From assembly GCA_963693365.1 (NCBI GenBank), contig CAVNZM010000006.1:5621264-5685263 (forward strand): a stretch of DNA of 64,000 bases, written 5' to 3'. Made by a program: the position numbers and the translations under genes. This document shows, piece by piece, positions 30,348 to 49,046 of the stretch. A model generated the notes under the pieces. It ran no database searches and was not told the DNA's origin. It saw only the letters and a program-made list of their open reading frames with translations. How positions within the stretch are numbered: the first letter of the stretch is position 1; each line of letters starts with the position of its first letter. The stretch comes from Amoebidium appalachense (Eukaryota > Protista > Ichthyosporea).

Positions 30348-30910
30348 AGAATGTTAAAAAACGGAAACAAGAGCAAAGGACAGGGGGAGAGGCAGGAGAG
30401 GCAGAGACGGGAGGGGGTTTCGATATATTATAGGTGAGTATGAAGCATATATGTCGAGTATGAGGACTATGAACTTCATATGGTGGGACTTGCAAGCAAG
30501 GGGGGGGGGGGGGGGGGGGGGGGGGTGGCGCGGAAGAAATGGAGCGGGGGAGAGAACGGAAGGTAGGAGGGGGGAGGGGGGAGAAGGGGGAGGGGGGGAA
30601 GAGTGGGAAGTGGCTCAGCAGTCAAGGAGCACGCACTTAGAGAGGGCATGGGACCAAACCAGGAAGTACAAGGCAAGATGGAGAGAAGAAGTTACAAGTG
30701 AGCCCCAACGGGTTTATTTCAAAATCAACGTGTACTACTTCCTGGTGTCGGGGGTGAGAAAAAAAGGGGGGTGGGGAGGGGGGGGGGGGGGGGGGGGGGG
30801 GGGATGGACATAGTGTTGTGCATCCTACCGATACTTTGTAGTTCGGGAGCAGGGGAGGAGAGGGGAAAGCTCCGGAGAGAAGGGACGGAAGGGGGAAAGG
30901 GGGGGGGGAG

Positions 30911-30950
<40 letters not shown>

Positions 30951-31497
30951 GGGGGGGGGGGGGAGGTCTTACCCAAGCTGTGCTCAAACCTTGTGTGAGT
31001 TGCACCTGTGATTGTATTATCTTTGGTGAGTTACCGACCAATAACTTGTTCTCCTGGCAACACAAAACATCTCACCGATCCTTTCTTCATTTCAAGGTCA
31101 TCACCCTTACTCTCTTTCTCGACCGAAAATAGTGTGTGCACCCTTTCAATTCAGGAACGGGAACAGAAGCTCGTACACATCAGCGTGCTAATGGACGATT
31201 CTTTGAAAAACCATGGAATTGTGATGGACCTTTTTCATTAAAAGAAAGCACGAAGATGTGATAGTTAGATTTTTCTCTGTTAATATTAGTAGGAGGAGTT
31301 ATGGTCAGCCGTGTGGGCGCAAATTAAAAACTTACCAGGGTAGACGTATGATGAGACACCCAGCTGCTTGAGGTTTCGTAGGCGCTGAAAGGTGGGCGTG
31401 TTGATAAAATGGCACGCCAACGGAGAAAGCTCAATGGTGTCGTGGATTGGGTCACGTATGAGTTTCAACGGAAACTCTGGTATTATCTGGTCGATGC
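19652..31497 (-). CDS. SAMHD1: SAMHD1-like HD-domain dNTP triphosphohydrolase; no SAM domain seen; 5'-most exon(s) unresolved at about 31.55-31.75 kb
   Basis: Minus-strand exons 31497-31336, 31005-30973, 30203-30084, 29685-29634, 28886-28743, 28296-28206, 27578-27490, 26594-26470, 24749-24607, 24313-24251, (tentative 23439-~23340), 22895-22839, 22047-21954, 21470-21364, 20592-20537, 19850-19652 (TAA). Motifs: [102 protein letters not shown]. Confidence 0.93.
22469..22682. mobile_element. MITE-like element with ~35-bp imperfect terminal inverted repeats
   Basis: GTCGGCCTTTCTCGA..TGACGTAGT ... ACTACGTCA..TCGAGAAAGGCCGAC. Confidence 0.75.
23815..23956 (-). mobile_element. Subfamily B/C copy in SAMHD1 intron
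   Basis: Reverse complement reads ACTTGGCCTCCCC..GGATGGGCTCTGCTTGTGATGCATATTC. Confidence 0.65.
24814..25197 (-). ncRNA. Intronic structured-RNA element, subfamily A, longest copy
   Basis: Core at 25081-24924 with CTGATGA (24945-24939), GAAA (24980-24977) and GTT (25012-25010). Homologous to copies at 10211, 11611, 13851 and 63460. Confidence 0.75.
27856..27965 (-). mobile_element. Subfamily B tail copy; further fragments at 27727-27800 and 28590-28675
   Basis: Reverse complement is nearly identical to 3271-3381 (TTGAATGTTTGCCTTTGCATGTGTCCTGCACC..CCGCATTCAAA). Confidence 0.85.
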
Positions 31498-33980
31498 CTA
31501 GGGGGTATACACATGTTAGCAAGAGGGGTTCAAAAACATCCACTTACGAGGGCAGGCAGGAATGAAGAACGGGTGATCTCACAAAAGGGCAAGGACGGTT
31601 AGTGAGAAATAAAAGCGAAAATAACGATTTCCTCTTTCTATGTCAGGAACAACGATATCCGGCCCACGTATGCCTCAAAAGCAGAAACGTGGGAGCTTAT
31701 CGGAGACATTTAGAGCAAAAACTTGCAACATAATTCTACGCTCTTTCACGGTGACTTAGCTGAATTCTTGATGAGAATAATGTCCTGAATTATTGATGAA
31801 AATAATGCCCCAAGAAACATTTACAAAGCAAAAACGTCGGTCAACTCTTGACAAGCTCAAGCGTAGAGTCTTGCACAGCAACCTTACCAGTCATGCACCG
31901 GAATTGAGTAAACACCAACTTTATGTACCTGGGGCCCTTTCCATTTCACCATCACTTACCATCTTCTTGGTCAGGTTCGTGCCTCAACCTTTTCCCGTCA
32001 ATCAGCACACTCATTTTGAATGCCACGCTAGTAACCACAACTGCCCTTTTTTCTGCCGACGCCAAAAAAAACACACCGTCTATATTAGCTCAAAAGCTCA
32101 AAGCTGACACCTCTTAACACACACTGCTGTTAACGTAACAGAGGTCTTGATATAAGAGAAAATGTGACACTTTCCCACCTCTTCCTTCCCTTTCTTTTTT
32201 GTTTTTTTGAGTCTTTCGAAATCCCAATTGTCATATTTACACAGAGGTCTGTCCCGTGGACTGTTGATGCAAAGAAGAAAAGGAAGGATTGGATTTTTTC
32301 AAAAGCCCGCCTGAAGCAGGGAAAGCCAATCAAATCGGATGTGCGAAATACCACAATCCCCCTATACTAGGGCCTGCTCGGCCGGAGTATTTCTAATGAG
32401 AGAGACCAAGAACAAAATAGGTGCGCGTATAATCCACTTTGTTCCCTTTAAGAGTTGCTGAGTTGTTCTTTTTTAATTTAGGGTGCCACAACAGATATCA
32501 CCCTAACGCGTGTCGTCTACGTTAATCAGACGTCTCCGTATACTCCAATCCCGTTATGGTGACGTCACAGCTGGTTGCCCAAGTCATCAGGATTCCAAGG
32601 CTGCAGATGTAAATTTAGGGGCACGTCAGTTGTGACTAGACTATAGTAGCGATTCATTATCTTACTTATATGATCGAGGACAACACATTATCAAACGATA
32701 ACAAGACACTCTCTAACCATTGGTTCTCTATTATCTTTATAAAGAAGCATATGCGAAGCACGCGGCGGCTCGATCCGGCCGGATCACCCGGGCAGTTTGC
32801 GCACGTTAGTGTGTCCACTCCGATTGGTTGATTGTTTTGATAAGTGGCCACCCGAGATCTTTGTGGGGCGTAAGATTTGAATCTCCAGACATTTTACCAC
32901 TCGAAATCCATTTGATTCAAATAAAAAAAAAAATTAAGTTTTTTAATTCAGGAGTCTTAAAATGTTTGTTTTTGAGCATCTATAAAAATATAGCGTGAAC
33001 TATATCCCATCAACAAGAAATAAGGGGCTTTTGTACTTTACTATTTCACAAAGCGCCCCACCAAAAGAAGTTTGGGGGGTTCGATAAGGATGGCCTTTCT
33101 TCTGTTATGATTGGCTTACCGGAAAACAAAAAGGACTTGGCTGACCGGCGAACTCTTTTCTTAGAAAAGAAGGAAACAAAAGTGTCCCCAATGCGACCAG
33201 GCTTGCGAGTCTATATATTATAATGATTTTTTGGCGATAACAACATTCAAAACGGATTAGATATTCTCTATAACTATTTTTTTCTCTCTTCCCCTTTCCC
33301 CCCCATATTGTATGAAAACTGTTGTCTCCTACATTACTATACGATAAATTGATGAGTCTTGGCGCCTTTCAAGGTCATGAGTCAACAAAAATTTTGATGC
33401 GGTAGAAATTTATTAGCTATTGCTTTTGATTCGCTCTATATCATTAAATAATTTACTATATCATTGCATGTTTTAGCCGCTACGCCCAAGCGCCAGGCGG
33501 CCTGTCAAGCGGGACTGCGTTTCTTCAACACGTCCAAGTCTTCTCGGACAGAGAGCAGACGGGTATAAAGGAGAACACTTGTGTTTTTGGTGGTTATTAT
33601 TTCTAATGAGTTAGATAGAACAATAATTGACCTCACTTTACTTGACTAAAGAAACTAGCTTGCTTAGTAGTTAGGACGCTTAGTTGCGGAGAACATAGTC
33701 TGCTTCCCACGGTTCACAGTTTCAAGGTTTATCTGCTGAGGAACAGAAACTTAACCCTCAACACCCTTCAGCTCGTGTTACTTGTGGTTTGGAATACGAG
33801 GATCTTGTTTGCTGAAGCCGCACAATCATACCAACACCTTCAAGGATAACTTTTATTATAGTTATCAAGCTCTTGCTTTCTCTTGGTGATTAGCTTGTGT
33901 AAGGTCACTAAGCTCTTTATTGTTCCTTTACCTGCAACACTTAGCATCTCAAGACTTGGAAGAGAGGGTCTAAGTGCCAC

Positions 33981-34144
33981 ATGCGTGGCAACGTCGCTGG
34001 TCAAATGTCGCGCGTTCCTCAGAGGGAGGATTTTGCTGAGGTACACAGTCCGCTATGTGCCGTTTCTTTTTCACTTTCCTTCCTTATGTTTGTTAGTGTG
34101 TGCGTGTACACTGTGCGTTTGCGTGTGCCCAGGCTTGCATAAAA

Positions 34145-34213
<69 letters not shown>

Positions 34214-34237
34214 AATAATGCCTGCTGAGGGTGCGCA

Positions 34238-34298
<61 letters not shown>

Positions 34299-34332
34299 CC
34301 CCTCTCTTTTTTCCCCTCTCCCTCTCCCTCCC

Positions 34333-34385
<53 letters not shown>

Positions 34386-35733
34386 ATGTGCGTGTGTGTG
34401 CGTGGTTCACTGTTGTGTGTGTATCTGTGTTCGTTTTGTCGGGCTTGGGTGGGCGCCTGCCTTTGAGCTTTTAGATCCCACCACAGCTTCTTCCAAACGC
34501 TGTCCTCCCGTGTCTCACTAGTCTGCATCACCTTGTGCCTTGCTGCTTTCCCAGAATGGTTTGTCTCTGTTCTCTTTTGGAAGAAATTATCAGGACCTGG
34601 GCTTCCATTTATGAAAAACAGCTGTTCAAAGCCATGTCCCTGTTTTCTCACTCAACCTCCCTTTCTCCATATCCTCTCACCTAAACATACCCCCCCCCCC
34701 CCCCCTCCTCCTTTTTCCCGCGCCCCAGGGCCCCCTCTTTCTATCTTACCCACACCCACACACACACATTCTCTCTATTTATCGCTTCCCCCCTCCCCCC
34801 CCTTCCACCCTTCCGTTGTTACCAAGGGTGTCTGATCACACTCCTTTATGAACATACAGCTTGGTGTGGCTCTTCCTTGCAAGACACATGCCCTTGCTCC
34901 CTCCTACTTCTCCTCTGTCTCTTTCTTTCTCTCCTCTCTGCCCTCTCTGCCTTGGCTTCCTCCCTCTCTCTCTCTCTCCCCCCCCCCCCCCCCCTCTCTC
35001 CCCCCCTTCCCCCCCTCCCTCTCTCCTTCTCTCTCTTCCCCCCTTCCCGCCTGTGCCTCCCCTTTCTCCCTCTCCCCTCCCCTCCCCGCACACACCCCCC
35101 CCAGCCTATAATTTTTCTGAAAGATTGTGTCGGTTTGGCGCTCTATTGCTGCTGGCCCCCGGTTATGCACACACCTCTCCCCTCCCCACCGTCCCCCCTC
35201 CCAAGAGAGAGAGGGGGGGGGGGAGGGGGGAGGGGGAGAGGGGAGAGGGGGGAGTGAGTGAGTGAGTGAGAGCCCGGTGGGGGGATTGGGGGAGGGGAAG
35301 CAAATCTTCTTTTCCCTATGCTCCTGGTTTGTGACTGATCCCGGCACAACATCATGTATGCACACACAGAGGCAGAGTGTGCGCTCGACCACAGAGTCAC
35401 TTGCAGACAACATGCAAATTCCAGAACATATTTATGTTGGCGGCGGCAGCCGGAACGCAGGTGTGTTGCGAAATGGTTAGTCAATCGTTCGGTCGATGTC
35501 TTTTGGTGAGTTTGCGTATGGGAAGGAAGACACGTGTGTGTGTGTTTTGGGGGTGGGGGGGGGGGACCGGGAAGTGGGGGGGGGAGGAGGCAAGAGGAGC
35601 AATAAAGAAAGGGAGAGGGGAAAGGGGGGGGGGAGGGGGGGTTGGTGAAGGGAGAGACGAGAAAAAAATGCAGTACACATATTGACTACCATACTCCTTT
35701 CCTCGCTTGTGAGTTACCTGAGGACGCGCTCTG

Positions 35734-35804
<71 letters not shown>

Positions 35805-36134
35805 CTCTCTCTCTCTGTCTGACTCCCTCTCTCTTCCCCCCTCCCCCTCCCTCTCCTTCTCTCTCTCTCTCTCTCTCGGCAGGCTCTTCTCATCTGCTCC
35901 CTTTTTCCTCTCGTCTCACCTGAGCCTGCCGCTTCCTCTTCTTTTTTCATGTTTTATTTCTTGTTTATGTGCCCTCCTTGACAAAGTTTTCTGTCTTTCG
36001 AGCTCGTCTGGGTGTTGCCGAATGCTGTTTTTTTGGTTGCACCTATTTGCATACCTAAACTGCACACACACACACACACCCACACACACACACAAACAGA
36101 TGTACTTCCACCAGCACGCATCCACACACACATT

Positions 36135-36195
<61 letters not shown>

Positions 36196-36549
36196 CCCAC
36201 GGGTTTCGCCCGGTGTAAGGTGGTCCATGTCGGAGGCGATCCCAGAGTCCCTTCCAAACCCATACGAGAGCTCCGTTTCCATGCCGACGGCTGTTCCGGC
36301 GGTTTCTATCGAAAGACGAAAACGTAGAAACACACACACAGTACAAACACCCGTAAACGACCCGCAGAAACCAAGGAGATGTAGCCAGCCTGCGCTTGTG
36401 CCGGCGACGTACGAAGTCCAATGGGTTCGGGCAAATTCCAATCGGATTGCAGAGGCTAATCGGGTAAAGAGGAAGGCGGATGAGGAGGAGCAGATGGAGG
36501 GTGTGCGGCTGCTGGTTGAGGAGGTGTGTGGGTGTTTGTTTGTGGGTGT

Positions 36550-36611
<62 letters not shown>

Positions 36612-36664
36612 CTCTTTCTTTTTTTTTGGGGGGGGGGGGGGGGGAGGGGGTTGTTTGTGGGTGT

Positions 36665-36703
<39 letters not shown>

Positions 36704-37927
36704 AAGGGAGAGGAGGGGAGGGGGGGGAGGGGATATTTGTGTGCGTGTGCATGTGTGTGTCCAGGTGTGTATGTGTGTATCCAGGTGTGTGTGTGTTTGT
36801 GTGTGTTATTGTACGTGTGAAGGCTGCTTGGCGATCGGAGGTGTTTGTATGATTGTGTGTGCGCGCGAGCATGCGTGTGTGTCTGTGTGTGTCGGGGCGA
36901 GGGTGGGGTGGAGGATGTTACTTTAATTAACGATCAAGAGAAAGCAGCACGATACATGCAACACTCGACAAATTCTTTTTATTTCATTTCCCTCTGCTAG
37001 CTTAAAATTTTGGCCCCGATCAGCGGCGCGCGCGAAAGACTACACGATCAATCACCTCATAAACGGACTACACATTGTGGGTTTTCATATAGGCAGCGTA
37101 TTTTTTAAGGAAGTGGGCTCTAATTGAATCCCTGTGAGGCCCCACCAGCGGCAGTTTAAAAAAACCTTCTGATGATGCCATTCCGATTACGCAAACATTT
37201 GCGATCGAGCGTAGAAGGCGCTGGCAGGGCCGAAATTCGGGGCTATCCCTCTTCCAGGTGTGACCAAAACCCCTCACTAACCTGCACGTCAACCCCCAAC
37301 CAATTAGGTGCAAGGGCTGAGGGAAGAGATCGACGTGCTGAAGATGCAAACGAGCAAAGTCAACTGGGGGCTGTTGGTGGTGCAGGTCGTGGTGGTCGTC
37401 TGTGTGGCAAGGAAACTGCTCAAACACTGGCCAATGGTATGTATCCCCCTCCATGTATTCCTCTCTCCCTGCCCTCCCCCCTCCCCCTCCCCCCCCCCCC
37501 CACTCACCCACCCACCCACCCGCCCCGCTCCCTCCAACCACCACCACCCCCATCCCCACCCCCTGCCACTCTCGCCCCCCGCCTCCAGGGGGGGGGGGGG
37601 GGGGGGGGGGCTTGAGTGGAGAAGAAGGGTCGATGGTGATCTTTCATATATTGGATGTTGTGGAGAGAGGGAAAGAGAACAGGAAAATGGTGAGATTTTC
37701 GTTGTCAATGGGACAGACTGAAGAATTTCTGTTAGTGAGAGGAAGAGAATGAAAGATCTACGTTGAAAACACTTTGCATCAACTTCTTGTGGCTGGTCCA
37801 GACAATAGCCTTGAAGGAAAGATGAATTTTGGGGGTTTTTTCGGGGTGAAATCTTGGGTTTTCTCTAACTTTTCCCCCTGTTTTCTCCGTGCAGGACGTG
37901 AATTTTCAGACCCTTCTACGCGCCTGA
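33981..37927 (+). CDS. Tail-anchored coiled-coil protein resembling mitochondrial fission factor (Mff-like), about 213 aa, 5 exons
   Basis: Exons 33981-34040, 35370-35460, 36195-36523, 37308-37436, 37895-37927 (TGA) join in frame. N-terminal [18 protein letters not shown] resembles the Mff repeats (MRVPEKLKVA / MQVPERIVVAG). It is followed by a disordered middle, a coiled coil ([21 protein letters not shown]) and a TM segment ([15 protein letters not shown]) with a short basic tail. Confidence 0.7.
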
Positions 37928-38992
37928 GTAAGGAATTATGTTCGTGCGTGTTTTCAATGCGCCCATGCATGAAGTGTAAATAGGACTAAATCTACCGACC
38001 AGCTATTTCGGAACGCAAGCGACAGCACGATTTCATTTGGGGTGATCACTTGATATGTCGTTTTTGCTGTCGATGTCGTATCACATTCGTTGTGATGTCG
38101 ACGGCATATTGGTGTCGTTTGGATGTCGACAGATGGTGAACTCAAAATGACGTTTTTGATGTCGACAGTTGACTCGGTGCAGCCCCGTTGTTGATCGACT
38201 TTTTTCAAGATATGGAGATGACATGACGCTGCGCATTTGCGCAGTTCGTTCGTGATACATGTGCACACGTCCACACATATCCACATGCAGCCATATGTTT
38301 TCGAGATTATGGGCACACGCAATGCAGTCACCTTTTTTTTTTTTTTTTTTTTTTTATGTGGGGGGGGGGGGGGGGGGGATCATCAAGGAGGATGTTGTTT
38401 GCTGTTTAAATTTTGTGGCGGAATGGGAGATGGAGATTGGGCGAACCACTTGTGGATAGTTGGGTTTCTGTGAGTCGCCTTCAAATGGCTTATTTCAAAT
38501 CCGATTTGTGGGATAGAGATGTTTTTTTGGGGAGGGTGATGTGGTTGTGTTGTAAATATGATTTCTTTGACATAGTAGAGTTTCAGTTCACCTGAAAGAA
38601 TATGCTCTCGGGTTTAATTCTGAAAATGTTAAATGCAGCTGGACCGAATTGAATAAACTAACTCGTATGTTGCTGATAAGTTAAACTCATGTTTTTGTGT
38701 TAAATAATAATGCAACTTTCCCAATGGGCTGTTTGCAACTGAACGTTGATAAGGTGTGTGCATGTACGAGCTGCTATTCTAATTCGCTCTCCGTACGCAC
38801 ACACACCCGTTTGCTAAAGGGTACAAAGAAGGTTTTCTGCCTGCTGCTGTGTTTTGAGGCGGGAAAGGGGGGGAGGAGGGGCCGGGGGGGGGGGGGGGGG
38901 TCTGTGTGTGTGTGCGTGGGTGTGGTTGTGGTGTACACGTGTGTGTGTGTGTGTGCGTGTCCGCGCATGTGGGTGCATAAGTGTGTGTGTGT

Positions 38993-39025
<33 letters not shown>

Positions 39026-39419
39026 CCACGCGCGAATGTCCGTTCTTTTTATTTTTATTTAATTTTTATTAAAACCTGGGGAAGGGGGGAGGGGTGGGAT
39101 TTTTTTTGTGTTTTTTATAAAAAAAAATGTGTATGGGGGGGGGGGGGGGGGAGGGGGGGGTACGGCCATCCTTGCCGCTTTTTCTCAATACATTTTGTAG
39201 ATGACTTTAAGCCAATCGTAGCTTGTCGTTTGAGATAAAGCACTTTAGCAGTTTTATTAGCAAAGCGATCTTTCTGATTGGTTTAAGCTCTAGCCAATCA
39301 AAAGACGATCAAAAATCGTTTGTGCCGGGCGGGAGCCGCGCATGAGCCGCGATGGCCCGGATGTTCGGTTTGTTATTGAATGGTGATCGGTTTTGGAAAA
39401 AAAACGAACAAAATCACAG

Positions 39420-44373
<4,954 letters not shown>

Positions 44374-44409
44374 GTGAGTGTGTTGTACGTACGTGGGTGG
44401 ATGTGGCTG

Positions 44410-44531
<122 letters not shown>

Positions 44532-44838
44532 ACGTGTATACATGAGGTGTGTGGCCACATGGGTACACCCATGCAGATGTGTGTGTGTCTGTGTGTGTGG
44601 GTGAAGGTGTCTGAGCTAAAGCGTCCGAGGTTGCCTTGTGACAATAATTTTCTCGCGAGGGCCTGTAGTTGTATTTGATTTAGCCAGCAAGCTTGGATGT
44701 TTACGTGTATGCCTGCCCTTCAAAGATACCCACCGATACGACAAAATCATACGAATGCACCTTCATACGTGATGCACTTTGATTGTGTCTGCTGATAGGG
44801 CAGAGGACTGTTTGTGCTTCTGTACGTGTAGGGACCCT

Positions 44839-44885
<47 letters not shown>

Positions 44886-45088
44886 ACACCTAGCAGAAAG
44901 TAGGGCAAGTTTACTTTTTTTTTTTCTTTTTTTTTTATTTGGGTGATAAACGGTTCCTCCCATCTACTTTTTTCTTTCCCCCCCCCCCCCCCCCCCCCCC
45001 CCCCGCCACCCCCTCCACTATTCCCCGCCTTACCCGTTTTTCCCTCTCCCGTCCCCCATCCCCATAATTCACCGTGTTAGTGCACTCG

Positions 45089-45230
<142 letters not shown>

Positions 45231-45329
45231 CGTACCAACAGAGTGTCACACACATTGCAGACGCAACATGTACAACACAAACTTCCCACTGGTGTACCTA
45301 TGTTCAACGTTGTTCACGTTTCTTTGCTC

Positions 45330-45376
<47 letters not shown>

Positions 45377-45529
45377 ACCACCACCACCACCACATATACA
45401 CATTATTATTGCATTTTTTTTGGTTCGTTTTGTTTTGCTTGTTTAGTCTCGCCAAACATATGAGGTTCTCTTGTGTTTGCCTGCATAGATACTGACTGAT
45501 CCGAATACCAACCACGCATTTTGCCACAG

Positions 45530-46804
45530 CTCGAATTTGAATCGCCCTACTACCGCATAACCCTAGACCGTCCAATCGTCTTTGACGGCGACAATGTGAC
45601 GGGCACCTTACACGTGGACCCGCCCAAGGGTAAGATGGTCGATGTTGGGGAGCTTGCCGTGCATCTGTTCTGCTGCTACAAGTTGGAACTCAACGACCAA
45701 GCACTCGAATGGTATGTCTATGAAATTCGTTGTATATCACATAATATCCCGTCCCCCTCCCCCCCCCCCCCACCCCCTCCCCGCCCCCCCCCCCCCCCCC
45801 CCCCCCCCTCCCCCTCCCCTTTATTATTATTTTTTTTTCTTTTTCCGTTTTGTTCCCGGAGGGACCCTCAACAGACGAACTGCCTCTTCCACTCAGCACC
45901 GAATGTACTGTAACAAGGGTGCTACGGTGCCATCAGCTAATTTAACTCAACGACCAAGCACCCGAATTGTATGTCTACGTGAAATTCTCTGTATATTACA
46001 TTATACCTCCCCCCCCCCTCCCCCCCTCCCCCCTCTCCCCCCCAACCCCCCCACCCCCTCCGTTCCTACCGTCAACCCCTCCCCCTCCAATCCCCCCACC
46101 CCCCCACCCCCCCACACGCACACACCTCCTCCGTTTCTCAGGAGGACACACCACACACCTTCTTCTTTTGTCTTTTTTTACCCCAAGGGAGTAGACTGGG
46201 TGGAGTAGAGCGTGTTTGTGTGTGTGTGCGTGGGGAGGGGGGGGGGGGGGGGGGGGGGGGAGGAAGGGGGGCTGCGAGGGAGAAGACAAATGAAAAAGAA
46301 AAGAACTTAGTAATATCCCCCATGCTCCCACATTATACCTCCCAACTCCGATCTCGACAACGGTTCCGCAGTGGTGGTTCTCAATAAAATTTACGATCGT
46401 GACCACTCCCCCCCCCCCCCCCCCCCCCCCCCCCTGTATCGTCTACGAAGACAAGTTTCTAGCTGCGATTTTGCTACGATCGAAGACCCAGATACCTTCC
46501 CCTTCCTGTTTGAGATCCCCAAGACAGGTGGAGGGGTGGCCGGGGAACCTACCCCCAAGCTTCAAGGTGTGTCAGGAGAAGACTGGGTCGATACTGCGCG
46601 TGGAATGGTGGGTTCGCAAAACAGAGAATACTTACTTTTGATTTTTTTTTATTTCTTTTGGTTTGTTCATTTGGTAATATCAAAGGTCACCGTAATTTTG
46701 TTTATATTTTCCAACCTCCCCTTCCCTCCCCCCCTCCCCCTCCCCCTCCCCTTCCCCCCCTCCCTCCCCCCCCCCCCCCCCCCCCAACTCCTCCTCTCTC
46801 TCTC

Positions 46805-46845
<41 letters not shown>

Positions 46846-47925
46846 CTCTCCCCCCGGCGCGCCTCCTTCCTCACAGAATCCATCTATTACCACCCTCCCC
46901 AGTCTCCCCCTTTTTCCCTCACCCACAAAACTCACCTCTGCTCGCATTATCATGTGGGCTTTGGTATTGTATTCGCTCTTAGCCTAGTTGGTTAAAGATT
47001 CCTTAACACCCTAGGTGCCAGGCGGAAGCCCAGCCAGAGAGCACGAGTGGATCCAAGAGGCACAGCGTTGCCGTTGGGCGTTTCTTTAAGGGTCGCATCG
47101 GCAAGAGCCTCACGGACACAGAGACAAGTCAGGCCACAAGCGTTAAAGGAGTCTCCGAAAAGGGGATGGTTGAGACAATCTTCCAGAGCCCAATCACACG
47201 CAAGAGATCGACTCAGGATGCACGGGTGGGTGGTGATTGTAGCTCTCTCTGTGTGTTTGTGTTAACTGATAAAGGACCAGTTTACGAATAAACATTTAAG
47301 AACGATAACTCCATGCACCATTTCGTAGAAACACTTGATTATTAGTTAATTTTCTGAGCACGTGTTCGCTTCAAAAGCGTGTACGCTTGTTTGTGTCTTA
47401 AATTAGTTAAAGTTTCGGGGTTTTCTTTAAAATCCGTGATTTTCAATATAGTATCCAATCACACATATTTATACATATCAGGCTAGTTTAACCCCAACCG
47501 CCTCCATCCCTGGATTTTCTTCCCCCCCCCCCCCCCCCCCCCTTTAAAAAATGCCGAATTAAAGAGAATGAAATGTGAGGACCGGAGCCGAGAAGGTAAA
47601 AACCGACCCAGACATATGATAACTCCTCTACCTCTTTCCCCCCCTAGTTCCAGCAGTACCCAACTCAAACACGCACACCCTACCTCCCCCTCCCCCCCCT
47701 CATTATTTCTCCCTCCCCAGCCTCTTCTCCTCACACACACACACCCACCCACCACACACACACACACACACGCACACACACGCACACACACACACGCCCG
47801 CACACACGCGCGCGCACACACAAGCATGCACGCATCACGTACACAGACCCGCCTCCCCCCCCTCCCCTCCCTCCCACACACACACACATATCCCTTACAC
47901 ACACACACACACACGCGCGCGCGCG

Positions 47926-47999
<74 letters not shown>

Positions 48000-48293
48000 C
48001 GCAGCCCCCCTTCCCCCCTTGGCACACACACACAAACCACACCCTCCCCCTCCCTTCCCGACCCCCCCCCCCCCTCCCCCCTCCCCCATACACACACAAA
48101 CACACACCTCCCCCCCCCCCCCCCCCCTCCCCCCCCCCCCCCCTCCCCCCACTCCACCCACCCACACACACAGACCATGGAGGTCAACCTAGCCAAACCC
48201 TCCTTCCACACAGTCGAAGAAGTATTAATCACCATTAACCTGAGTGAGACCCTGGCATCGACTGCTTCGCTCATTACAGCAAAAATCAGACAG
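45530..48293 (+). CDS. Arrestin-fold protein exons (N domain and start of C domain); possibly the same gene as the CAP-Gly exons; apparent frameshift near 46527 and no recognisable C-terminal exons
   Basis: Exons 45530-45711 ([19 protein letters not shown]), ~46492-46607 (FPFLFEIP / NLPPSF..ILRVEW), 47015-47225 (KRHSVAV), 48174-48293 ([29 protein letters not shown]). These parallel beta-arrestin VDGVVLVDP..LTCAFRY, YPFTFEIP..NLP, KRNSVRL and [27 protein letters not shown], recalled from memory. Confidence 0.7.
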
Positions 48294-48851
48294 GTATACA
48301 CTCGTAAATCCCCCCCCCCCCCCCCCCCCCCCCCGTCCCCCCCCCTCCCCCCTCCCCCCCTCATTCCTGGTTAAAACTCGGATCGTGTGTTAGACTTGGG
48401 GACCCCTTCGAAAATGGGCTCTAATACTTGTAATGTATACGCTTTGGGTGTGCTTTGCAAAATCTGCAATGTGTTTTCCGTTGTAAATGTGTACCTCATA
48501 ATCTATACCATTTTTAACCTCCCCCCTCCCCTCCTCCACCTACCCCTCCCCCTTCCCCCCCACCCCCACACACACCCACACACAGGCACAGGCACAGGCG
48601 CAGGCACAGGCGCATGCACACGCACCCACGTGCCCATGCTCCTCTCTCGCTCTCTCCGGTTAACAAAAAACAGCCTTTTCTACCATTGAAAATTTTCTTC
48701 CCGTGATATCGTCGGTGTAGGTACTAAATTTTTTTAAGGTAAAGGCCCTTATCGACATTATCAGATCTCGGGAGCCACCAATTCGATCATTGACCCCAAC
48801 AGATCTGGAATTCAATGCGCCGATTGGTTAGTTCGGCGTAAATCGATCAAT

Positions 48852-49046
48852 GGGCCCCCCTCTTTAAATTTGCAAATTTTAGATCCCCTGAGAACGAGAA
48901 GCACTTCGACCCTTGATATTGAAATTTTGTTATGAAAATCAATGATTTTGGTATAGTAACCTGGGGGTCTCCGAGTTTCGCTACACATATAGAGGGGGGT
49001 TGTTCTCGGGGGATCTACGATTTGCAAATTTGGCTTGGGGGGGCTC
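48852..49046. repeat. Inverted repeat (~40-bp arms) beside the LINE 3' end
   Basis: AAATTTGCAAATTTTAGATCCCCTGAGAAC vs GTTCTCGGGGGATCTACGATTTGCAAATTT. Confidence 0.7.

Noticed and set aside
31750-33950. Microsatellite-free divergent intergenic region as a possible ncRNA or viral insert
   Set aside because: No ORF or RNA motif recognised; consistent with promoters and 5' UTRs of SAMHD1 and the Mff-like gene (TATAAA at about 33564).
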